From: Anaerolineae bacterium
GTDB taxonomy: Bacteria; Chloroflexota; Anaerolineae; Aggregatilineales; J027
NCBI GenBank assembly: GCA_019913005.1
Contig: JAIOHL010000105.1
Coordinates: 11,177 to 75,176, forward strand
Reading direction: 5' to 3'
Length of the DNA: 64,000 nt
Part shown: in pieces, positions 36,989 through 45,501 of the stretch
Position numbering within the stretch: the first letter of the stretch is position 1
How the letters are laid out: each line of letters opens with the position of its first letter
Translations under genes and position numbers: made by a program
The notes under the pieces: model-generated
What the model was told of the DNA's origin: nothing
What the model saw: the letters and a program-made list of their open reading frames with translations, nothing else
Database searches by the model: none

Positions 36989-38011
36989 TTACCGCCCCTT
37001 TAATTTTCTCCAAAAACTCACCAATCGATCACGTGTGGTAATCGGCTGATCGGAGAGTTGCCATGTCCCCCATTGAAACCAGTTCAACATATACCCCCGC
37101 GTGACGGCAGGTTTGCTTCGTTTGCGCCACATACGCCGAGCATGGGTAATCACTTTCTGTGTCATCACCCAACCGCGTTTCGGCGTGATGATAAGTCGTA
37201 CCGCACAATGAAAAACGATGAGGGGCACATTGTAGGTGAATAAATCCAACAGGAAGGCATTTTTGATAACGCTTAGATACCGATTCCCAAGCCCTTGTGC
37301 ATTCAGGGATTCACGCGGGCTGCCCCGATGATAGGCTACCGCCGTTGGTTCGTACCAGCACTTAAACCCTTGCAATCGTGCCCGCCAATCCAAGTCCGTA
37401 TCTTCTGAATAGAAAAACATATCCGCATCGAATAATTCCCCATTCGGTGCGACGGTAGTAATCAATTTTTGGCTGATAAGGACAGCCGCTCCCGGTGCGC
37501 CAAACACCTCGCGCCCTTCATCAAACTGACCAATATCCTCCAGCCCCTTACCGATATTCAGTGCATAGCCCCCGCGCAGCATGGCGTGGCCTGTACTGTA
37601 GAGTTGGCGGATCGGGCGGCCTTGCTCATCCATCTGATAGAGTTTGCCGATTCCCCAATCCGCGCCATTTTTGCGAAGCGATTCCAACAATTGTGTAACA
37701 TAATTCGAAGAAAGGACAAGATCAGCATTTAGCGCTAAATAATAATCCTCAGGGCCAAGTTGGGCCTCTGCCAAAATTTGATTATGCCCCCGCGCAAACC
37801 CCACATTGGTCGAATTCTCAATCAATTTGGCAAACCCCACATGGTCTTGAACAAATTTCACACTATCATCTTGCGAAACATTATCCAAAATAATCACTTG
37901 CAGCGATGGGTAGTCCTGCAACTCAAGGCCCAAAATAACCGCAGGTAGGTCACGCATGGAATTATAGGTAATCAGGCCCACACAAACACGCGGTAACGGT
38001 TGATTAGTCAT
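36989..38011 (-). CDS. Family 2 glycosyltransferase (rhamnosyltransferase-like)
   Basis: I chose the start at ATG 38011 (MTNQPLPRVCVGLITYNS). VIILDNVSQDDS and the SEDTDL region are typical of GT-A/GT2 enzymes. Confidence 0.85.
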   Translation of the reverse strand: MTNQPLPRVCVGLITYNSMRDLPAVILGLELQDYPSLQVIILDNVSQDDSVKFVQDHVGFAKLIENSTNVGFARGHNQILAEAQLGPEDYYLALNADLVLSSNYVTQLLESLRKNGADWGIGKLYQMDEQGRPIRQLYSTGHAMLRGGYALNIGKGLEDIGQFDEGREVFGAPGAAVLISQKLITTVAPNGELFDADMFFYSEDTDLDWRARLQGFKCWYEPTAVAYHRGSPRESLNAQGLGNRYLSVIKNAFLLDLFTYNVPLIVFHCAVRLIITPKRGWVMTQKVITHARRMWRKRSKPAVTRGYMLNWFQWGTWQLSDQPITTRDRLVSFWRKLKGR

Positions 38012-38214
38012 GTGCAAAAATATAACCCTCAAGGTGGCAAAATAGACGCGACTAATTGTACCAAGATTCGGCAATCGCCAAGAGGCGGTATATGATTGGT
38101 ATCTATAGCGTGAAGGCAGGCGAGGGTATTCCATGATACCTTGTGCAAGAAACCATCTGCCTCTAGAATGGTCTGGCGCGAGGCTCGAACAAAAAGGGAG
38201 CTATACTTAAGGCC

Positions 38215-39642
38215 ATGACACGCGGTTTTAGCGTTTCATTCATGACGTTTCTACTTAGCCTAGATTTTATTTGTGCGATGCTGGCTGTTCGGCTTGCCGC
38301 AGTAATACGTGCTGCCCTATTTGACGCTGGAATTGGCAAACCCATCCCCACCGACAACGCCTCGCCGACGCCTTGGTGGTTCTATATCGTGTTTCCGATT
38401 GCATGGCTAATCATTTTGAATGCCGTCGGAGCCTATTCCCCACGTCAAACATACCGCCTGCTGCTTGAAATCGGCGCGTTATTAAAGGGAACCTTTATCG
38501 CCATTTTTATCTTTTTTGGGATGCTTTACATGGCTTCCCGCACCTATTCGCATCTACAGGCTGTTTTGCTCGTGTCCTTTGCGGGTGGATTGACCATCGG
38601 CTATCGCACCGCCATGCGTGTCTATTTTCGGCTCACAGGCGGACGAACCTATGACAGCCGTCGCGTTTTGGTTGTGGGCACGGGTGAATTGGCCCAGCAA
38701 ATAAGCCGTCAAGTGCGAGCCTATGCGTGGACAGGAGTATTCTTGGCTGGATATGCTCAAGACGACCAATTACCCGAAGCCAGCGTGGTTACGGATGCTC
38801 CTATTTTGGGCAAAGTGTCACAAGTAGTTGAATTGCTCGATGAAAATGCCATTGATGAGGTCATTTTGGCCCTCGAAGAACCGGACTACATTCATTTACG
38901 CCAGTTGGTACAGCAGTTACACGAATGCGGGGTCGCCATTCGTTTTGCGCCCGATCTGCGCGAAATGCAGTACCTCTTTAGCACCGTTGAAGAACTGGAA
39001 AAAATGCCCCTGATTGGCCTGCGTGAACCTCGCCTCAGTTCGTCGCAGCGCCTTGTCAAACGGGTGGTGGATGTCACGCTCAGTTCCATTTTGCTCATGC
39101 TTGCCCTACCCCTCCTGCTAATCGTGGGGCTAGGGGTTATGCTCACCTCGCGTGGCCCGGTCATCTTTGCCCAAGATCGCATCGGCGAAGGAATGCGCCC
39201 TTTTAAGATGTACAAGTTTCGCACGATGGTGAAAGATGCTGAAGATCGGCAAGGTGAGGTCACGAAGATTGATGCAAACGGCAATGTCATTCACAAAGAC
39301 CCCGATGACCCACGGGTGACGCGCTTTGGCCGATTTTTGCGCCGCCTTAGCATTGATGAGCTACCCCAATTAGTAAATGTCATCAAGGGCGACATGAGTT
39401 TGGTTGGCCCGCGTCCTGAGATGCCTTGGATTGTCAGCCTTTATGAGCCATGGCAGAAAAAACGCTTCGAAATTCCGGCTGGCATGACAGGCTGGTGGCA
39501 AATCAATGGACGTGCTGGAACAATGATGCATCTCAGCACCGAAGATGATTTATACTATATTCAAAATTATTCGATTTGGTTAGATTTCGTCATTTTATTA
39601 CGCACTATCCCGGCAGTCATCAGTCGGCGTGGGGCATTTTAG
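38215..39642 (+). CDS. Polyprenyl-phosphate glycosyl-1-phosphate transferase (bacterial sugar transferase, WbaP/EpsB-like priming enzyme)
   Basis: It has N-terminal TM helices, a central VLVVGTGELAQQI Rossmann-like region, and a C-terminal block with PFKMYKFRTM and DELPQLVNVIKGDMSLVGPRPE. Confidence 0.9.
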   Translation: MTRGFSVSFMTFLLSLDFICAMLAVRLAAVIRAALFDAGIGKPIPTDNASPTPWWFYIVFPIAWLIILNAVGAYSPRQTYRLLLEIGALLKGTFIAIFIFFGMLYMASRTYSHLQAVLLVSFAGGLTIGYRTAMRVYFRLTGGRTYDSRRVLVVGTGELAQQISRQVRAYAWTGVFLAGYAQDDQLPEASVVTDAPILGKVSQVVELLDENAIDEVILALEEPDYIHLRQLVQQLHECGVAIRFAPDLREMQYLFSTVEELEKMPLIGLREPRLSSSQRLVKRVVDVTLSSILLMLALPLLLIVGLGVMLTSRGPVIFAQDRIGEGMRPFKMYKFRTMVKDAEDRQGEVTKIDANGNVIHKDPDDPRVTRFGRFLRRLSIDELPQLVNVIKGDMSLVGPRPEMPWIVSLYEPWQKKRFEIPAGMTGWWQINGRAGTMMHLSTEDDLYYIQNYSIWLDFVILLRTIPAVISRRGAF

Positions 39643-39666
39643 TGATTAGAGGAACAAACTAAATTT

Positions 39667-40461
39667 ATGGTAGAATCCAACCCGCCCGACGTTTTGAACG
39701 AGGCATCCCTAAAAGAAATCCTAAAACACCACCCTTTTCGATTTTATCCCCGTGTCAGCAGCACAATGGATATGGCCCGCGAATGGCTGGCAACCGAACC
39801 AGATTTGCCATCGGGCGCGGTAGTCATTGCTGATGAACAGGTAGCGGGTCGAGGTCGCCTCAATCGCCAGTGGCACACCCCTGCCGGACAAGCCCTTGCC
39901 ATGAGCATCATTCTGCATCCCCACTTGGCTCCCGAACACTTGCAGCGAGTTACGATGGCCGCAGGTGTCGCTGTTGCCGAATCTCTCAATCCCCTACTGA
40001 TTCCGGGTGTGATTAAACTCAAGTGGCCCAACGATGTTCATCTCGCCGGGCGCAAAGTAGCGGGCATTTTGACCGAGGCTCTTTGGCTGGGCGACCAATT
40101 GCAGGCCGTCATTGTTGGGGTTGGCATCAACGTGCGGGTGAATTTTATGGGCACGCCTTTAGCAGACGGAGCGGTCAGTCTTGAGGCGTTTACCCAAGAG
40201 GCGGTCAGTCGTGCCACCCTTGCGGCGGAGATTATCGGTCATCTGGAAAACTGGATGTACAAAATTGCCGAGCCAGTTTTATTGGACACATGGCGAACAT
40301 GGCTTTCTACCATTGGTCAAATCGTCAGCATCCAGACCGCCAGCGGAATTATTTCGGGCACTGCCGAAAACGTAGATGTGATGGGTGCGTTACTGGTCAG
40401 AGATAGTCACGACAGCGTACAACGGATTTTGGTGGGAGATGTCACTCCAGCCTCGCTTTAA
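39667..40461 (+). CDS. birA: Biotin-[acetyl-CoA-carboxylase] ligase (group I, no HTH)
   Basis: GRGRLNRQWHTPAG fits GRGRxGRxWxSPxG. KWPNDV is present. It is 264 aa. Confidence 0.88.
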   Translation: MVESNPPDVLNEASLKEILKHHPFRFYPRVSSTMDMAREWLATEPDLPSGAVVIADEQVAGRGRLNRQWHTPAGQALAMSIILHPHLAPEHLQRVTMAAGVAVAESLNPLLIPGVIKLKWPNDVHLAGRKVAGILTEALWLGDQLQAVIVGVGINVRVNFMGTPLADGAVSLEAFTQEAVSRATLAAEIIGHLENWMYKIAEPVLLDTWRTWLSTIGQIVSIQTASGIISGTAENVDVMGALLVRDSHDSVQRILVGDVTPASL

Positions 40462-40494
40462 GACAGGCGTAGGCGAATCACTGGCAAAGCACTC

Positions 40495-40523
40495 TTGACA
40501 GGCTTCCTCGAATTTCCTAGTCT
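40495..40523 (+). promoter_or_regulatory. Candidate promoter for the 40561 gene
   Basis: TTGACA (40495-40500), 17-nt spacer, TAGTCT (40518-40523). Confidence 0.3.
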
Positions 40524-40560
40524 AAGGCCCTCTTGGACTAGGTTTACTGGAACAAATTGA

Positions 40561-41979
40561 ATGGGTATTCAACTCGACTGGCAAATTGAATCGGAGCGGG
40601 CCAAACAACGGGCTACCGAAGATCCCAACGCCAAACGCTATCGGCGTCGGCAACGGCGCAACTTACTATTGGGTATGGCGGTCTTGGCTTGTCTCCTCGG
40701 CGGCATCTTGGGTGGCATTATTTGGCGGCTGCGTGCAGTAGATAATCAAGTGCGGCAGAATCTGCTGGATACGGTGGATGTCGAAATTACCGCCATCAAG
40801 GTCGGCAACCTATCCAACTATATGCAAGTTAAGCGCAGTGCCAGCGAAGATTGGCTGCAAAATCAACGCGATCTATTCAATGAATATCAGGAGCTTAAAC
40901 AAGCTGGACTACTGGAATTAACTGGCAAGGTGGTCTCCATCACCATAGATGAGCCGCGTGGACGAGTCGTCCTAGAAGAAAAAATCGCGGGTGTGCCCTA
41001 CCGGGTTGTGTGGTTCTATTGGCTCTATGAAGACAACGTCAATGGTCAAGCAGGCTGGCGGCGTGTCCCCCCGGATGTCGAATTTTGGGGCGATGAAAAA
41101 ACGATTGATAAAGGCAGCCTTAAAGTCACCTATCATGAACTTGACCGTCGCATGGCGGAGGCATTGGCAAATCAAGTAGATGGTTGGTGGGACGAAGCCT
41201 GCACCCTGCTGATTTGCTCGGCGGGTCAGGCCCAATTGACCATCGAAATCGCCCCCGAAACGCTACCCGGCCCGGAATGGGATTTGTATGAGGAATGGAA
41301 AGTCCGTCTACCCTCACCCCTATTGGTTGGACGTGCCCGTAACGACGTGCCTTTTACGCCTGAAACTGAGGCCATGCTTGCCCAACTATTAGCCGAAAAA
41401 CTCGTGACTTACAGTCGCGGGAATAACTTTCGTCCCAACGACTATAGTGATGCTGAATGGATGCAGCGAGAAGTTATGGCGTGGCTGGCGGGAGAATTTA
41501 CCTCCAATCCAGCGGACGGGTCCCGTTTTTTTACGACCTTTACCGCCGCGTTTGGAGCAAGTGCCCCCGGTCAAATTCTCAATAATCTCCGCCCCGATTC
41601 GACTTTCAGCGATTTACAGGCCGTCACAGGCAGTGTCGCCCTTCAAGATTTAGGGCTTGAGCGTCTTAATAGTTTCTATTGGAACGACTATTTCCAATGG
41701 CGCTTGGAACTTGAAAAAACGACTCTGGAAGATCAAGATCAACCCGCTTGTTATCAGTTATACGATGAAACCCCCAACGCGACGGCGGCGGCCAATGCCC
41801 GCTGTGTCAGCTATGATCCCAATCAAATCACCCCAGTAGTAAACGGAACCGTCATCACCAGCGACCCTGATGGAAATTTATTTGCCTATGTGGACGCCCT
41901 TTCTAATCCGAATGACACCAGTCAGCGCGAACAAATCATTTTCCGCTGGGTGGGATCAACGTGGAAACGCATGAACTAA
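40561..41979 (+). CDS. Single-pass membrane protein with a large extracytoplasmic domain, function unknown
   Basis: 472 aa. It has a basic N-terminus (RYRRRQRRN) and a TM segment (LLLGMAVLACLLGGILGGIIW). I recognise no motif. Confidence 0.55.
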   Translation: MGIQLDWQIESERAKQRATEDPNAKRYRRRQRRNLLLGMAVLACLLGGILGGIIWRLRAVDNQVRQNLLDTVDVEITAIKVGNLSNYMQVKRSASEDWLQNQRDLFNEYQELKQAGLLELTGKVVSITIDEPRGRVVLEEKIAGVPYRVVWFYWLYEDNVNGQAGWRRVPPDVEFWGDEKTIDKGSLKVTYHELDRRMAEALANQVDGWWDEACTLLICSAGQAQLTIEIAPETLPGPEWDLYEEWKVRLPSPLLVGRARNDVPFTPETEAMLAQLLAEKLVTYSRGNNFRPNDYSDAEWMQREVMAWLAGEFTSNPADGSRFFTTFTAAFGASAPGQILNNLRPDSTFSDLQAVTGSVALQDLGLERLNSFYWNDYFQWRLELEKTTLEDQDQPACYQLYDETPNATAAANARCVSYDPNQITPVVNGTVITSDPDGNLFAYVDALSNPNDTSQREQIIFRWVGSTWKRMN

Positions 41980-41997
41980 AAATTTTGGAGTAGTAGG

Positions 41998-43395
41998 ATG
42001 GATCGAGGCCACCCTATCCCCCGTCTACAAACCGTAGACCAGTGGGAACATGAAGAAGGCAGCAACTGGTCAGGCCGTTTGGCATGGCTAATTTTCGGCT
42101 TTAACGTTGGCTTTGTCGTGCCAATTTTGTTGGTTTTTATTGTGCTGCCCGTTGTCCTACCAGAATTCCATTTTCGACGGGCCGAGTCTACCTCACCCAA
42201 GCGTGTGGTGGCCTATCAAGTCATCACGCATACCCCTGCCCCTACCCTAACACCAACCAATACCCTGCCACCCAGCCTAACCCCCACTCCATCCGTAACG
42301 CCTACGATTGATAATGGGGCAACGCTGGAATCTATTTTTGTGGCCCAAACGCAAACCGCCTTTGTTTTGACCGCTGCTGCACCCACCCTGCCGCCGACTA
42401 TCCCACCAAGCCCAACGCCGATTCCGCCTACCCCGACGCCACTGCCCCCACCGCAAGCCTATACACTGGAAGGGGTCAAGTTTTTTCGACAGGGCTGGAA
42501 CAATTGTGGGCCTGCAAATTTAGCGATGGGTCTCTCCTATTTCAATTGGCAGGGCACACAGGATGATACGGCTTCATATTTAAAACCAGACCGGGAAGAC
42601 AAAAATGTTACGCCCCAGCAAATGGTGGACTACGTCAACCGCTTCACCAATCTAAAAGCCATTTGGCGCATGGCGGGTTCACTCGACCAAATCCGCTGGT
42701 TGATTGCCAATCGTTTTGTAGTGATTGTTGAATCGGGCTATGAGCCTGCGGGGGAAGGCTGGTTTGGGCATTATGAAACTGTCATCGCCTATGACACCAC
42801 TGCCGACACAATTACCGTCTATGATTCCTATTTAGGGCGTGATAGCCGCCCAACCGTCACCTATCCGAGCACCAAATTTGATAGCCAGTGGCAGTCTTTT
42901 AATCGCAACTTCATCGTCATCTACGAGCCAGAGCGCGAGAGTGAATTAGCGGCCTTTTTGGGGTCGGATTGGGTCGAAAACCTCAATCGTCAAAAAGCCA
43001 CCCAAGTCGCCCAACAAGAAGCCGCCAGCGACCCCGAAAATCCCTATGCGTGGTCAAATTTGGGGACATCCCTAACCTCCATTGGTCGCTACCCCGAAGC
43101 CGTGACCGCTTATCAACAAGCCCTTGATCTCGGCCTACCCTATCGGTTTTTCTGGTATCAATATGGGGTATTCGAAGCTCTGCTGCAAACCAGCCGTCTT
43201 GAAGATGTGCTGACCCTAGTCAACAGCACCCTCAAGACGACTTCTTATGTCGAAGAGATGTATTACTACTTGGGGCGCGTCTATGAAATTCAGGGCAATT
43301 ACGCGCTGGCCCAAACGGAATATCAAGAGGCCCTCCAGCGCAATCCCAATTATGAACTCGCCACGATTGCGTTACGGCGCATCGGGGGTACTTAG
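41998..43395 (+). CDS. Membrane-anchored peptidase C39-like domain protein with C-terminal TPR repeats
   Basis: It has a TM anchor and a long PT-rich linker. The Cys block is GWNNCGPANLAMG and the His block is GHYETVIAYD. The C-terminus carries TPR-like repeats (AYQQALDLG, YQEALQRNPNY). Confidence 0.65.
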   Translation: MDRGHPIPRLQTVDQWEHEEGSNWSGRLAWLIFGFNVGFVVPILLVFIVLPVVLPEFHFRRAESTSPKRVVAYQVITHTPAPTLTPTNTLPPSLTPTPSVTPTIDNGATLESIFVAQTQTAFVLTAAAPTLPPTIPPSPTPIPPTPTPLPPPQAYTLEGVKFFRQGWNNCGPANLAMGLSYFNWQGTQDDTASYLKPDREDKNVTPQQMVDYVNRFTNLKAIWRMAGSLDQIRWLIANRFVVIVESGYEPAGEGWFGHYETVIAYDTTADTITVYDSYLGRDSRPTVTYPSTKFDSQWQSFNRNFIVIYEPERESELAAFLGSDWVENLNRQKATQVAQQEAASDPENPYAWSNLGTSLTSIGRYPEAVTAYQQALDLGLPYRFFWYQYGVFEALLQTSRLEDVLTLVNSTLKTTSYVEEMYYYLGRVYEIQGNYALAQTEYQEALQRNPNYELATIALRRIGGT

Positions 43396-44268
43396 CATAA
43401 GGGGTTCGGATTGTACCTCCGGCCCTGTCTCGGATACTGGATCGGGTGGTGCTGTTGCTGGCGTCGCCTCCGGTGTGGGATTGAGGGTCGGCAGGATTTC
43501 GGTTTCATAAATCATCTGGTGATATTTCTCCATCACCTCTTTGGTATCCCCATCCATCATCATGCGGCCTTTATGCAGCCAAATCGCCCGATCACACAGT
43601 CTCATCACTTGGGCGGTTTGGTGGGTCACAATGAGCATCGTCAGTCCGCTGGCCTTCATCTCCAAAATCCGCTCGATGCACTTATCCTGAAATGCCACGT
43701 CCCCCACTGCCAAAATTTCATCAACAAACAATATTTCGGGCTTCAGATGCACCGCGATACTAAAGCCAAGTCGGGCATACATTCCGCTGGAATATCGCTT
43801 CACGGGTAGGTCAATAAACTGGCCCAATTCTGCAAACTCTATAATGTCATGAATCGCGTTTTCAATCTCACGGGGGGAAACCCCTTGAATAGCCGCGCTT
43901 AGGTAGATATTCTCCCGCCCACTGCGCTCCTGATTAAAACCCGCCCCCAACGCGATCAACGTTGAGAAACGACCACGCACAGACACATGCCCTTCCGTCG
44001 GGCGGGTAATCCCACACAGAGTACGAAACAGAGTGCTTTTGCCGGACCCATTACGCCCTACAATGCCAACAGTCTGCCCGGCTGGAACAGCAAACGATAC
44101 ATCCCGCAGTGCCCAAAATGGCTCGACGGGTTTGCGGGCAATGGACTGCTTTAAGAACCGCTTGGCAATGTCATTAAATTCATGCCGTAAGCTGGTGCGA
44201 CTTTCATTTTGGGCATACCGTTTAGAAACGTGTTCAGCCACGATAATCGGTTCAATTGGTGAAGTCAT
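43372..44268 (-). CDS. Polysaccharide/teichoic-acid-type ABC exporter, ATP-binding subunit (Wzt/TagH-like)
   Basis: Walker A GRNGSGKST, signature YSSGMYARL, Walker B ILFVDEILAVGD, H-loop VTHQ. It has a PT-rich C-terminal tail instead of a glycan-binding domain. Its 3-prime end overlaps the convergent gene by 24 nt. Confidence 0.9.
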   Translation of the reverse strand: MTSPIEPIIVAEHVSKRYAQNESRTSLRHEFNDIAKRFLKQSIARKPVEPFWALRDVSFAVPAGQTVGIVGRNGSGKSTLFRTLCGITRPTEGHVSVRGRFSTLIALGAGFNQERSGRENIYLSAAIQGVSPREIENAIHDIIEFAELGQFIDLPVKRYSSGMYARLGFSIAVHLKPEILFVDEILAVGDVAFQDKCIERILEMKASGLTMLIVTHQTAQVMRLCDRAIWLHKGRMMMDGDTKEVMEKYHQMIYETEILPTLNPTPEATPATAPPDPVSETGPEVQSEPLMLSTPDAP

Positions 44269-45419
44269 AGACGATCCGCAAAACCATCTTCTCTGGATTT
44301 AAAATAGACATAGCCCATAAATAACACGATGATCGAAACGACCAACGGAAAATACAGGGTTGAAAAATCGGGTGTCTTGGCATATACAATCACATCCCGA
44401 TAGGCTTGGAATAAGGGCACCAATGGGTTGATTGCCAAAATAAACCGATAGCGCTCCGGGATAAATGAGGCCGGATACAAAATGGGCGACATATAAAACA
44501 AAAGCTGCATCACTACCCCAACTAATTGGGGGATGTCACGCACTATTACACTCAGCGACCCCAAAAATAGCATCAGGCCCAACATAAATAGAGCCTGAAT
44601 CAAAATCAACAGTGGCAGATAGAGATAGAACCAATTCGGCCATACCCCACTGATCGCATTGATCAGCAGCATAGCGAGGAACATAAAAAACACATCTACT
44701 AGTGCCTCACCCAACGTAATCAAGATCAAAATCTCACGTGGGAAATAGACCTGAATAATCAACCCAATCTGGTTAAAGATGCTGGTCGAGCCTTTGGTAA
44801 TGCTCTGTTGAAATAACGTCCATGGAACCAATGCCGCCAAAAAGAACGTCACAAAGGGAACATCGGACGTGGTTACACCAATTCGCAAAAATTCCGAAAA
44901 AACAAATGCCAACACCCCGGAGGTCGCAAGGGGCAGTAAGATAATCCACAATATCCCCAATGTCGCTTGGCTATAACGGGCCAAAATGTTATAGCGTAGC
45001 CAAATGAGCAACAGAACCCGATAGCTCCAAAGTTTGGCAAGATGGAATGAGATAGGCTCGCCATCAGAACCTTTCCACATGGCCGGAATGACCGTGACAC
45101 ATGGCGCAAAAAGCACGGCAGCCCCCGCAAAGTAGGCCAACTGAAGTTGAGACAATGCTGGAATGAACAGCCATGCCAATCCTGTAGTGGCGACGGTTGC
45201 CAGCCACAAAATCAACAACTGACGTAGGGCAACCGTCAATTTTAGCCCTACACGAACGAGTATCAAGATGATAAAGTTAGCCACCACAACCGAAAGCGCC
45301 ATCAAAAGATAGAGGCCAATCGGGTGGGCCTGATAATCTTCACCCAATGGTTTGCCATAGGTATATTTAAGGCGGGTCTGCACAGCAACCAACATCGCTC
45401 CCACCAATACCGCCAGCAT
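44265..45419 (-). CDS. ABC-2 type exporter permease (Wzm/TagG-like) with extra N-terminal TM helices
   Basis: The ABC-2 membrane core starts near YRVLLLIWLRYNILARYSQATLGILWIILLPL. It overlaps the ATPase gene by 4 nt. The start is uncertain; I prefer ATG 45419 over 45503 or 45521, which would overlap the divergent gene. Confidence 0.8.
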   Translation of the reverse strand: MLAVLVGAMLVAVQTRLKYTYGKPLGEDYQAHPIGLYLLMALSVVVANFIILILVRVGLKLTVALRQLLILWLATVATTGLAWLFIPALSQLQLAYFAGAAVLFAPCVTVIPAMWKGSDGEPISFHLAKLWSYRVLLLIWLRYNILARYSQATLGILWIILLPLATSGVLAFVFSEFLRIGVTTSDVPFVTFFLAALVPWTLFQQSITKGSTSIFNQIGLIIQVYFPREILILITLGEALVDVFFMFLAMLLINAISGVWPNWFYLYLPLLILIQALFMLGLMLFLGSLSVIVRDIPQLVGVVMQLLFYMSPILYPASFIPERYRFILAINPLVPLFQAYRDVIVYAKTPDFSTLYFPLVVSIIVLFMGYVYFKSREDGFADRL

Positions 45420-45501
45420 TTTGAGAGATGACAAGAGTGTATAAACGCGAATTTGGCTTTTAATCAAGAATTTCTTATCCAAGTCAGTAGTCACAAAACA
45501 C

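Noticed and set aside
42230-42470. Pro/Thr-rich tracts (also at 4900-5000, 17100-17400, 51750-51810 and 43380-43500), considered as tandem DNA repeats or minisatellites
   Set aside because: The codon usage within the tracts is heterogeneous and there is no fixed nucleotide period. They are low-complexity coding linkers, not DNA-level tandem repeats.
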